This document shows positions 16,699 to 25,372 of a stretch of 64,000 nt of DNA, piece after piece. Under the pieces are notes generated by a model. The model saw only the letters and a program-made list of their open reading frames with translations. It was not told the origin of the DNA and made no database searches. The translations under genes and the position numbers were made by a program. The stretch spans positions 854 through 64,853 of the forward strand of contig JASJDH010000001.1 of NCBI GenBank assembly GCA_030065175.1, given 5' to 3'. Origin of the DNA: Leptolyngbyaceae cyanobacterium MO_188.B28. GTDB taxonomy: Bacteria > Cyanobacteriota > Cyanobacteriia > Phormidesmidales > Phormidesmidaceae. Each line of letters opens with the position of its first letter. Within the stretch, counting starts at the first letter, position 1.

Positions 16699-19512
16699 CT
16701 AACTTCCTACCAGCTCTTTGAACCAATTGTCATCCCACAGATCATCGAAGGCAGGGTCTGCTTTGGCTTCTTCTTGAAAGGAGGAATCGAGCCGAATGGC
16801 CTGTTGTAAACTCTCAAGGGCCATATCGTTTTCGCGTTGGAGGGCGTAGCAAACGGCTTTGTTGAAGTGTGCTTTGGGATAATCGGGCTCAATTTCTAGG
16901 GCTTTATCAAAGCTGCGGATGGCTTCGCGATCGCGACCTAGCTTAACCAGCACATAGCCTCGGTTGTCTAACGCCTTGGGAGATTTTGAGTTAAACCGGA
17001 CAGCTTTGTCAAAGGACGTTAACGCTTCATCGTATCGTTCCAATTCAGTCAGGGCTAATCCTCGGTTTAACCAGGCGACGGCGTCATTCGCTTGAATTTC
17101 GATCGCTTTGTCAAATGATTTGAAGGCTTCCTCATGCTGCTGAAGGATACCATAGGCCACCCCGCGATTGACCCAGGCTTCATGGTATTCCGGGTTAATT
17201 GCTAACGCCTGATCGAAGGCGGCGATGGCGTCCTCACGCCGTTGTAGGCGACTTAGAGCCATGCCCCGATTCAACAGCACTTTGGCGTCTCCGGGTTGGA
17301 GTTCAATCACCCGGTCAAAGGCGGCGACGGCGTCTTCGTATTGACGCAGGACCCGCAGCATCAGTCCCCGCTGGTACCAAGCGTCTACATTGTCCGGCGT
17401 CAGCTCGATCACTTTATCCAGGGAACTTAAGGCTTCTTCGCGGCGCTGCAGCTCCTCTAGACCGGCGGCGCGGCTCATCCACACAGCTGCATTCGCGGGT
17501 TGAATCTCCAGCGCTCTATCATATGCAGCCACCGCTTCCTCAGGCTGGTTTTGGGATAGCAGCCGATCGCCTTTCTCGATGTGATCCGCTGCGGTTAAGA
17601 ATAGCTCGGGTCGATTGGCCTGTAATCGCTCAATTTGGTCGTTTAAGGTTTGTAGTTTTTGCTGAGCTTCCGCCATGAAGGACTCGGTTACGAACTGGGG
17701 GGTTAATTCAGCCAGATTCTTCAGAATTTCATCTTTCTGCGATTGGGCGGCGGATTGAATCGCGAATAAGCGATCGCCCAGTTCATTGCGCTGTTGGGCG
17801 ACGTCCTCCAAGGCGGAATCTTGCTGGTCTGCAAGGCTGGCTTGGAATTCCGCCAGCTTAGCGGCAAAGTCAGCTTCTAGGGTCTCCAGTTGCTGGCGCA
17901 CTGCCTCACGGCGTCCTTCAGCTTCGGCCTCTATTCTGGCTAATTGGTCGCCTAGTCGGTTATCAAATCCTTCCAAGCGTTGAATGACGAGATCGCGGCG
18001 GCCATACACGACCGACCGCAACTCAGCCAGTTGGTCACTGAAGTCGGCCGCCAGCGCCGTCAGATTCTCTAGGGTTTGGTCTCGTTGTTCGACGACCCCG
18101 GACCTAATCTCCCCTATCTGCACTGTGAACGCGGCGACCGACTGTTCTAGATCGCTCAGCAAGTTCGCCTTGCGGTCTCCCAGTTCGGACCCTAAGTCAG
18201 ACAGTTGGGCGGTGAAGTCGGCAGCGGTTTGTTGCATCTCTCCAAGGGCCTCAGATTTTGCCCCCGTCACCTCTGCCTGTAGCCCCTCAAACTGGGTCGC
18301 GAACTCATTCGCCGTTCGCTCCAGGTTGGACAGAACACCCGCCTTTCTACCGTCTATATCCATTTGTAGACGATTGAACTGAGCCAAAAACTCAGCCGCC
18401 GATGTTTGTAAATCCTGAAGAATTCTAGCCTTTTGAGTCTCCACATCGGTTTTGAGATGGGTGAATTGGCCATTGAATTCGGTGGTTGAGCGCTCCAGGT
18501 TTTGTAGGGCCAACTCTTTGTGGCCCAAAGCGCTGGCTTGAATGTCAGACAATTGGCGTTGGAGGTCCGCTTCTAAGGTCTTGAGATTTTCTGCAATGTC
18601 TGCTCCCTGTTGTTGAATTTGCGCCCCGGTTTCTTCTTGCAATAAATCGAGGCGGGGGGCAAATTCGTGTTTGAGGTCTTCCAACGCCGTTAAAGTGCGA
18701 TCTCGCGCTCCCTCTACGCCGGATAGGAGTTCTGCGAGCGTCTCCGCCAATTCAGATTCGGATTGTTTCAAAGACTGCACCGTTGTCTCTTGTTGAGTTT
18801 GGGCGCCTCGGCGCAGCTCCGCGAGCCAGTCGGTAAATTCAGATTCTGATGACTGCACCGCCTGCAACACTTTCTGCTTTTCTGATTGGGTCTCTGCCTC
18901 TAGGTCAGCGAGTTGAGTTTGGCTGGTTTGCTGCAACTTTGCAACTTCACCCTCGAAATCTGACCCCAGTTTTTCTAGGGTTTGCTTCAGGGATCCAAGC
19001 TGTTCTTGCCAATCTTCTAGGGTTTGGGCCTTGAACTGGGAAACCTCATCCACCAGTTTAGAAAGCGCTTTTTGCTTAGCGGCGACGTTTTTCTTGAAGT
19101 TCTCCGTTTGGTCTTCCACATCATCCGCCCTATCCTCCGCATCCCGTAGGATGTTGTCCAATTCCTTCGTGGCGGTGCGGATTCTCCCCTCTAAATCCGT
19201 TATTTCATTCAATTGGGTCCGCACCACTGCGGCCACCTCTCGAACAACGGAACGCCTCAGAAGCAACAGGCTGGCGACGCCAAGGCCAATGAGCAACACC
19301 AAAGCGCTTAGCAATACGATGAAGAGAATGACTGCCTGCTGGTATATCTGTTCGGCTTGCTTTTGTGACGGCGCGGTTTGGGCCAACACGGTTTGAAGAC
19401 CATCTGGTTTGGAATATTGAGCATTGGCCGCTTGAGTGAGCATCAATAGGGCGGCCAGCACTAAGCCGCCTTTGTAGATGAATGAATCACTGTCTGATTG
19501 CTTGCGCCTCAT
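16699..19512 (-). CDS. membrane-anchored protein: signal/TM N-terminus, ~14 tandem 29-residue coiled-coil repeats, C-terminal TPR array
   Basis: 937 aa. Signal-like LVLAALLMLTQAANA, then the TM helix AVILFIVLLSALVLLIGLGVASLLLL. A 29-aa periodic region spans about aa 215-625. About 8-9 TPR units follow from about aa 640 (AWYQRGLMLRVLRQYEDAVAAFDRVIELQP and similar). Confidence 0.85.
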   Translation of the reverse strand: MRRKQSDSDSFIYKGGLVLAALLMLTQAANAQYSKPDGLQTVLAQTAPSQKQAEQIYQQAVILFIVLLSALVLLIGLGVASLLLLRRSVVREVAAVVRTQLNEITDLEGRIRTATKELDNILRDAEDRADDVEDQTENFKKNVAAKQKALSKLVDEVSQFKAQTLEDWQEQLGSLKQTLEKLGSDFEGEVAKLQQTSQTQLADLEAETQSEKQKVLQAVQSSESEFTDWLAELRRGAQTQQETTVQSLKQSESELAETLAELLSGVEGARDRTLTALEDLKHEFAPRLDLLQEETGAQIQQQGADIAENLKTLEADLQRQLSDIQASALGHKELALQNLERSTTEFNGQFTHLKTDVETQKARILQDLQTSAAEFLAQFNRLQMDIDGRKAGVLSNLERTANEFATQFEGLQAEVTGAKSEALGEMQQTAADFTAQLSDLGSELGDRKANLLSDLEQSVAAFTVQIGEIRSGVVEQRDQTLENLTALAADFSDQLAELRSVVYGRRDLVIQRLEGFDNRLGDQLARIEAEAEGRREAVRQQLETLEADFAAKLAEFQASLADQQDSALEDVAQQRNELGDRLFAIQSAAQSQKDEILKNLAELTPQFVTESFMAEAQQKLQTLNDQIERLQANRPELFLTAADHIEKGDRLLSQNQPEEAVAAYDRALEIQPANAAVWMSRAAGLEELQRREEALSSLDKVIELTPDNVDAWYQRGLMLRVLRQYEDAVAAFDRVIELQPGDAKVLLNRGMALSRLQRREDAIAAFDQALAINPEYHEAWVNRGVAYGILQQHEEAFKSFDKAIEIQANDAVAWLNRGLALTELERYDEALTSFDKAVRFNSKSPKALDNRGYVLVKLGRDREAIRSFDKALEIEPDYPKAHFNKAVCYALQRENDMALESLQQAIRLDSSFQEEAKADPAFDDLWDDNWFKELVGS

Positions 19513-19677
19513 GGAGAATGCCCTTCTATGGCTAAGGGGGATTGGGATCGATTCAGCTAAGCCTATCCGCCAGCGGAATGGCGTTCCACTGACAAATTGA
19601 TTATCTTAATCATCCTTAATCATTTAACTGATCTTACCGCTCGACCCTAACCCTGAAATTGGTTTCTATCCTATCCC

Positions 19678-20223
19678 CTATACATTATCGCGGTGTCCAT
19701 CTGGGTAAATGGTGTTGCGATCGCACTCTGCGCCGTCTAGACAGGCCTGTCTTGCTTGAAAAAGGTTACATCCTGACAACTGGGCTTGCTGAAAATTTGT
19801 GCTGTTAAGCTTGGCGCGTGACAGATTGGCGTTCTTTAAAGTCGCTTGGCTGAGATCCGCGTGACTCAGGTCAGCGCCATATAGGGTTACGCCTGACAGA
19901 TTGGCCCCCTGAAAGTTGCTGCACCGCAAATTAGACCTGGAAAAATTAGCGCCCCGGAGATCAGCATGACTGAAATCCGCTGAGTAGCCCTGAATATTGC
20001 TCAGTTCCGCTTGCTGGCCATTTGCATTTTGCAGATTCGTCTGACTCAAATTGGCATAGGGAAGATAGGCCTGACTGAGGTCGCTTCCAGATAAATTGCT
20101 ATTCCGTAAATCAGCTTCGAATAAGTCAGTCAGACTCAAATCAATTTCACAGAAGTCTCGCCTGCCAGACTGATAGGCCGCAAGCAATTCCTGGGCTGTC
20201 ATTTTTTGCATGTTATCCTTCAC
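19678..20223 (-). CDS. pentapeptide-repeat protein (soluble)
   Basis: 181 aa, almost entirely A(D/N)L(S/R)x pentapeptides (ADLRNSNLSGSDLSQAYLPYANLSQTNLQNAN...). Confidence 0.85.
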   Translation of the reverse strand: MKDNMQKMTAQELLAAYQSGRRDFCEIDLSLTDLFEADLRNSNLSGSDLSQAYLPYANLSQTNLQNANGQQAELSNIQGYSADFSHADLRGANFSRSNLRCSNFQGANLSGVTLYGADLSHADLSQATLKNANLSRAKLNSTNFQQAQLSGCNLFQARQACLDGAECDRNTIYPDGHRDNV

Positions 20224-20575
20224 AGGCTATAGAAGCCGAGATTCTACCCAATGCCCCTACCCGTTTTAGCTGAGTATTTATGCTTAGTTACGAAATGTAA
20301 ATTTACAGTATTAGCGCCTCCATCGATTCCCGGCTTAACTTTCTCTTTAGGCTTTGCTGCTCGCCCTTTTTCTCTGCCGTCGGCGTTGAGAAGTTTAGCT
20401 GTCTTCTGTAAACTGCCGATAGGTTAACGGTTTTAAGCTGGGTTGTTGTTCGCTTTGTCCCCCATTATCCGCTGTCACGGAGGCGAGGAGGGCGGCGGCG
20501 CCTCAAGTCTGATGGGGGTAAGCGGCCGTCAAATATACATTTCCCGTTGCATATGGATAATGAGTAGGTAGATGA

Positions 20576-20866
20576 ATGGCTATCTTCTTCCTCTGCCTGG
20601 GCCAAGCGTTGGGTCGAGACGCGGCGGCGGCGCTCTATCATGCTGCTGATTTAAAGCAAGCTGTGGTAAAGTATTGCGATCGTGTCTATCGTTACCTTTA
20701 CATGGATGCGGGGCGCTTCGGTCAACGCCTTAATTTAGCCGCCGTTCAACTTAACTTAGGCGTAAGCGGCATGGGTGGTTTCTTCGACGATAAAGTGAAT
20801 GAGCTTCTAGGTATCCCTAAGGAATAAGCTGTATTATATTTTACAACTCTAGGAAGGCCTTTATAG
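20576..20866 (+). pseudogene. remnant of a nitroreductase / SagB-type dehydrogenase family gene (C-terminal third only, with in-frame stop)
   Basis: The 83-aa ORF KYCDRVYRYLYMDAGRFGQRLNLAAVQLNLGVSGMGGFFDDKVNELLGIPKE matches the C-terminal region of the nitroreductase fold. A TAA at 20825-20827 is followed in frame by AVLYFTTLGRPL and a stop (20864-20866), which is the expected family C-terminus. No intact N-terminal part is found upstream, and a TGA sits immediately before the ATG. Confidence 0.55.
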
Positions 20867-20873
20867 ACTTGCT

Positions 20874-23864
20874 ATGACTCTTACCCAGGTTTCGGGCGCA
20901 TTCCTGATATTTATTCTATGTCCAGTGATTGGCGGGCTTCCGCTAATTGCCTGGATTACCCGTAGTCTGACTGGGAAACGGCTCTCTCAGGTTGGCACAG
21001 GGAACGTGAGTGTATCGGCGACTTTCTACCATGGGGGTCGGCTAGCGGGTATTCTGGCGGTTTGCGCCGAAGCATTGAAAGGGGTCTCAGCGGTTCTCTT
21101 AGCCCGACGCTTTTTCCCGGATGACCCTACCTGGGAGGTCATTGCACTGATCGCTTTAGTAATGGGCCGCTATTGGTTCGCTAAAGGGGCAGGCACGACC
21201 AATGTGTTCTGGGGCTTTACTGTCCATGATCCGATTGTGGCTGGACTGACTTTCTTAATCAGTTTCATCAGTTTCACAGTTTTCAGGGAGCGGAAGCAGG
21301 GGCGGTTAGGGGTGTTAGTCGTTTTAACCGTGATGACGGCTTTGCTGCATAGCCAAAATGGCGCGCGCGTGCTTGCTGTGGCTGCCTTGAGCAGTTTGAT
21401 CGCTTGGATTTATCATAAAATTCCGGATGATTTAGACATGCCTGTATCGGAAGGTCGACTTGAATCTCGCAAACTGTTTCGTTTTTTTCAAGGCGATCGC
21501 GCCCTCCTGTCCTTGGATCAATCCCTCAATCCTGAACGAGTAGGCAATAAGGCGGCGACCCTGGCCCAATTGCGAAGCTGGGGATATCCGGTGCCGAGGG
21601 GGTATGTTCTGCTAGCTGGAGATGACCCCGCCGCCCTAATCGCCATTGCTCAGCCATCGCCTCAGCAACCCATCGTCGTCCGCTCCTCCGCCATTGGCGA
21701 AGACAGTTTAACTGCCTCTGCGGCGGGTCAGTATGTATCTATTTTAGGGATTACCGCTCAGTCTGCTTTGGAATCGGCGATTACCCGCTGTTTTGCTTCC
21801 TACAACGGCTCTACCGCCGCCCAATATCGTCAAGACAGGGGACTTCCAAACCAGGGAATGGCGGTGATTGTGCAACAGCAGGTGCAGGGCGTATTTTCTG
21901 GGGTTGCTTTCAGCCGCGACCCCATTGCCCGCTACGGAGACGCTGTGGTGATTGAAGCGTTGCCAGGGCCCGCCGCCGCCGTCGTATCTGGAAAAGTCAC
22001 GCCGGAACAATATCGAATTCCCATTCAAGACCGGGATATGGCGCCAGCGGATCCGGCTGGGGATAATCCAGTCAGTTGGCTTCTACCCGAATCTCTTAAT
22101 TTGGAAGTGGAGGGATCCGGGAAAGTGCCGCCTCGATTGCTGCAACAGGTTGCGTTCCTGGCTCGTCACCTGGAAATTCGGTTTCACGGCGTTCCCCAAG
22201 ACATTGAGTGGAGTTATGACGGCCAAGGACTCTGGCTTTTGCAAAGTCGTCCGATCACGACCCTTTCGCCGATTTGGACCCGTAAAATCGCCGCCGAAGT
22301 TATCCCGGGAGTGATTCATCCGTTGACCTGGTCCATCAATCGTCCCCTGACTTGCGGCGTTTGGGGCGAAATTTTCACCCTGGTCTTGGGAAAGCGCGCC
22401 CAAGGCCTCGATTTTGGCGAAACGGCTCGATTACATCACTCTCGCGCTTACTTTAATGCGTCTCTGCTGGGGGATATTTTTCTCAGGATGGGGCTGCCGA
22501 CCGAAAGTCTAGAATTTCTGACTCGGGGAGCCAAGTTCAGAAAACCCCCTTTGCTGTCAACCTTACGGAATATTCCAGGGCTGATCCGATTGGTTCGGCG
22601 AGAACTCCGGCTGGAAAAAGATTTTCGTCGGGACGCCAAGGAACGCTTTGCGCCCACTATAGAGGACCTCGCGGCGCAACCAGCTCCGGGTCTCTCTCCA
22701 GAAGCGTTGCTAGATCGGATAGACCGGATCCTGGAGTTGTTGCAATCAGCAACGTATTACAGCATCCTCGCCCCCCTGAGTTTGGCGGTGCGGCAGGCCT
22801 TATTCAAGGTCAACGACAATGTTTTGGACAATAGTCAAAATCCAGAGGTGATTGCACTGAGGGATCTTCAAGAAATTGCGCGCACCTCTCGTCATTTGCT
22901 GACGTCTCTGGACTCTTTACCGGATTCGTGTTCTACTCTATTTGCCTTATTATCGGAGAGCCCAGATGGGCAGACGATTCTCAAGCGGATTGACGGCTAT
23001 TTAGAGCAGTATGGCTACCTCAGTGAAGTCGGGACGGATATTGCTGTACCCACCTGGAAAGAAAACCCAGGGCCAGTTCGTCAATTGTTTACTCAGTACC
23101 TGATCAATCCGCTGGCGAATAAACCGCGGGAAATGGACTCCGGAGCGTCTATCGCCCAAGATCGGAAAACTCAACGGGTTCAGCGACGGCTTGATCTCAA
23201 GGGGCAAGTGACGCAGGTTTATAGCCTATTGCTGGCGGAACTGCGGTGGAGCTTTGTGGCGCTAGAGAAAATCTGGCTTTCCCAAGGGGTGCTCCAGGAA
23301 TCTGGAGAACTATTTTTCCTGGAATTTGACCAGATTCGCCAGTTAATTCTCCATCCCAATTCGGATTTGCAAGGGAGATTGACTTCAGCGATCGCAGAGC
23401 GTCGATCTCGCCTCAAGCAAGACCATAAACTGACGCCGACGCCTAATTTAGTGTACGGGAATGAACCGCCTCGCATAACGACTTCCCGGTTGACCTCGTC
23501 TGCTGCGATCCCGGCTCAGGTATTTACTGGGATTGGGGCGAGCTCCGGTCAGGCGGAAGGCGAGGTGAGAGTCTTGCATACGCTGCAAAATCTACCAGAA
23601 ATCAATGATCGTATGATCCTTGTCGTCCCTTTTACGGATTCTGGCTGGGCGCCTCTCCTAGCGCGTTCGGGCGGTTTGGTGGCGGAAGTGGGGGGGCGTC
23701 TTTCCCATGGCGCCATTATCGCTCGAGAATACGGCATTCCGGCAGTGATGAATGTCCCGAACGCCACTCAGCAACTCCGGGATGGCCAACGGGTGCGTTT
23801 AGACGGACAAACGGGGGTTGTGGAAGTGCTGCAGCGCAGTGCTGAGGAATGGGTGCAAAATTGA
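20874..23864 (+). CDS. fusion protein: PlsY-like polytopic membrane domain + PPDK_N-type ATP-grasp + helical middle domain + PEP-utilizer swivelling-His domain
   Basis: 996 aa. PlsY-like motif positions are GTGNVSVSATFYHGG, EALKGVSAVLLA and GRYWFAKGAGTTN. ATP-grasp motifs are NKAATLAQLRSWGYPVPRGYVL, VVRSSAIGEDS, MAVIVQQQVQGVFSGVAFSRDP and QDIEWSYDGQGLWLLQSRPIT. The His domain is GIGASSGQAEGEVRVL...GGRLSHGAIIAREYGIPAV. Confidence 0.85.
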   Translation: MTLTQVSGAFLIFILCPVIGGLPLIAWITRSLTGKRLSQVGTGNVSVSATFYHGGRLAGILAVCAEALKGVSAVLLARRFFPDDPTWEVIALIALVMGRYWFAKGAGTTNVFWGFTVHDPIVAGLTFLISFISFTVFRERKQGRLGVLVVLTVMTALLHSQNGARVLAVAALSSLIAWIYHKIPDDLDMPVSEGRLESRKLFRFFQGDRALLSLDQSLNPERVGNKAATLAQLRSWGYPVPRGYVLLAGDDPAALIAIAQPSPQQPIVVRSSAIGEDSLTASAAGQYVSILGITAQSALESAITRCFASYNGSTAAQYRQDRGLPNQGMAVIVQQQVQGVFSGVAFSRDPIARYGDAVVIEALPGPAAAVVSGKVTPEQYRIPIQDRDMAPADPAGDNPVSWLLPESLNLEVEGSGKVPPRLLQQVAFLARHLEIRFHGVPQDIEWSYDGQGLWLLQSRPITTLSPIWTRKIAAEVIPGVIHPLTWSINRPLTCGVWGEIFTLVLGKRAQGLDFGETARLHHSRAYFNASLLGDIFLRMGLPTESLEFLTRGAKFRKPPLLSTLRNIPGLIRLVRRELRLEKDFRRDAKERFAPTIEDLAAQPAPGLSPEALLDRIDRILELLQSATYYSILAPLSLAVRQALFKVNDNVLDNSQNPEVIALRDLQEIARTSRHLLTSLDSLPDSCSTLFALLSESPDGQTILKRIDGYLEQYGYLSEVGTDIAVPTWKENPGPVRQLFTQYLINPLANKPREMDSGASIAQDRKTQRVQRRLDLKGQVTQVYSLLLAELRWSFVALEKIWLSQGVLQESGELFFLEFDQIRQLILHPNSDLQGRLTSAIAERRSRLKQDHKLTPTPNLVYGNEPPRITTSRLTSSAAIPAQVFTGIGASSGQAEGEVRVLHTLQNLPEINDRMILVVPFTDSGWAPLLARSGGLVAEVGGRLSHGAIIAREYGIPAVMNVPNATQQLRDGQRVRLDGQTGVVEVLQRSAEEWVQN

Positions 23865-24118
23865 CGCCCAGCTAGATTTTCCAGCTAGATTTTACTGATG
23901 TTTAATTGGGAAGGCTTCCCAGTTTCCAGCCATACATGTTTCCGGCCAAATACTAAGCCTTGTACGCTATTCCGTACTATGGAGAGGCGATTCAATAGCC
24001 TATCCTGATAGAAAGGACAAGGATGCGAGGTATCAAGTCTTTACGAGTCTTTAGATAAGGATTCGGTGTTGGCGAGAGAATTCTATTCAACGCCGTTGTT
24101 GTACGCGAGGAGTTAACC

Positions 24119-24499
24119 GTGAACCAGAATAGCCCTAATCAATTGCAATTTAACTTTTCTGGTGTAGGTTGTTGGTTGACTGTCATTGCCGGTGCTTGGC
24201 TTTTAGGGGCTATCGGGTTAGGGTGGCTGGTGAAGTCTTTCTTTGTATTAGTCGGCCTAATTTTGATTGCGCCTATTGTCTTGTTTGGAGTGTTTCGTTG
24301 GTGGCTTCAACGAACGATTGTGGAGGGACCCTGCCCAGCCTGTAATTTTACCCTAACTGGACTGAAAGGAACTGAAAGTGTTTGCCCAAGCTGTGGAACA
24401 GTGGTTAAAGCGGCCCAAGGACAATTCCAACGAGTTGCGGCCGAAGGGTCGATAGATGTGGAGGCGGTAGACGTGGAGGCTCAGCAAATTGAGGATTAA
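24119..24499 (+). CDS. hypothetical membrane protein with C-terminal zinc-ribbon-like CxxC...CxxC
   Basis: 126 aa. Two hydrophobic helices, then CPACNF...CPSCG. GTG start per the ORF track. Confidence 0.5.
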   Translation: MNQNSPNQLQFNFSGVGCWLTVIAGAWLLGAIGLGWLVKSFFVLVGLILIAPIVLFGVFRWWLQRTIVEGPCPACNFTLTGLKGTESVCPSCGTVVKAAQGQFQRVAAEGSIDVEAVDVEAQQIED

Positions 24500-24561
24500 T
24501 GGGGCGATGAATTATTTGCAGCTCTAACGTCTGAGTAAAGCTCAGTTCAGGGGGACAAAGC

Positions 24562-24999
24562 TTACTTTTGCTCAATCGATAGGTTGTAGGGGTTGCTTTG
24601 GCCGTTGCGATCGCCCACGAAAATAGAGTAGTTGCCTTGATTCAACAAACCGGGGGCGTTGATTACGCCTTGATCATAGTTGTTGGCCATAACGCACTCG
24701 TTAAATCCATTGGGACCGCTGATGAATAGTGTAAAATCCCCTGAGCTAGTTACCCGAATGTCTAGCGGGGCGAAGGCTTCAGTCACCTGCAAGACTTGAC
24801 TGGGGGTATTTGCAATAAATCCACAGCTAGAGGATTGGGATCCGCCCGACATGCCGCTCACCTCAATTCTGGATTGGAGGGGGGTTTGAATCGTTTGGGC
24901 TGAGACATGCCCTGCTAATGTGACCACTGTCGCTAGGGCGGCGGGAATAACGAACCATTGCTTACTGTTTCGCTTCTGATTATGCAGTTTCATGGTCAT
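24562..24999 (-). CDS. hypothetical secreted protein
   Basis: The start is moved to the ATG at 24999 because AAGGAG lies 4 nt upstream on the minus strand. Signal peptide WFVIPAALATVVTLAGHVSAQ. The mature part looks beta-rich. No family asserted. Confidence 0.5.
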   Translation of the reverse strand: MTMKLHNQKRNSKQWFVIPAALATVVTLAGHVSAQTIQTPLQSRIEVSGMSGGSQSSSCGFIANTPSQVLQVTEAFAPLDIRVTSSGDFTLFISGPNGFNECVMANNYDQGVINAPGLLNQGNYSIFVGDRNGQSNPYNLSIEQK

Positions 25000-25372
25000 T
25001 GCGCTCCTTAGCCTGAGTAGGTGATCGACAACTTTCATAGTTCAACACTAGCGCTAAGATCCGAATACGTATCCTAATCTTTGTGACAGTTCTTACAGAG
25101 GTGGAGAGGTCGGTTTATTCGATGCTTGATGGGTCTTAAATCGGGTTCAATCAAGCGGCGTCAATCCCTGTGGGGTCGACTTTGTAAAAACAGTTTTCTC
25201 AGTCAAATAACTTCCCCCTGAAGACGGGGCCATTTTTCCTGGAAGTGGCTATTATTAGGCGGTCTGAACGTGTTGATGATTGAGTTCAGTCTAGTTTGTT
25301 CTGCAACGGGCTGTCTGAGTCATTGCATACGGTTTGAGGCGGTTTACTGACGAGGGAGAAGGGGAATCGACA

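Noticed and set aside
17199-19396. A series of plus-strand ORFs (17199-17678, 17786-17983, 17984-18382, 18849-19034, 19031-19396) antisense to the 937-aa gene.
   Set aside because: They are Arg/Ser/Ala-rich, without motifs, tiled end to end opposite a confidently coding repeat gene. These are typical antisense open frames in GC-rich repetitive coding DNA.
20825-20827. Programmed stop-codon read-through or recoding at the TAA inside the nitroreductase-like frame.
   Set aside because: The N-terminal two-thirds of the gene is missing, so read-through would still not give a functional enzyme. Simple gene decay is the more economical explanation.
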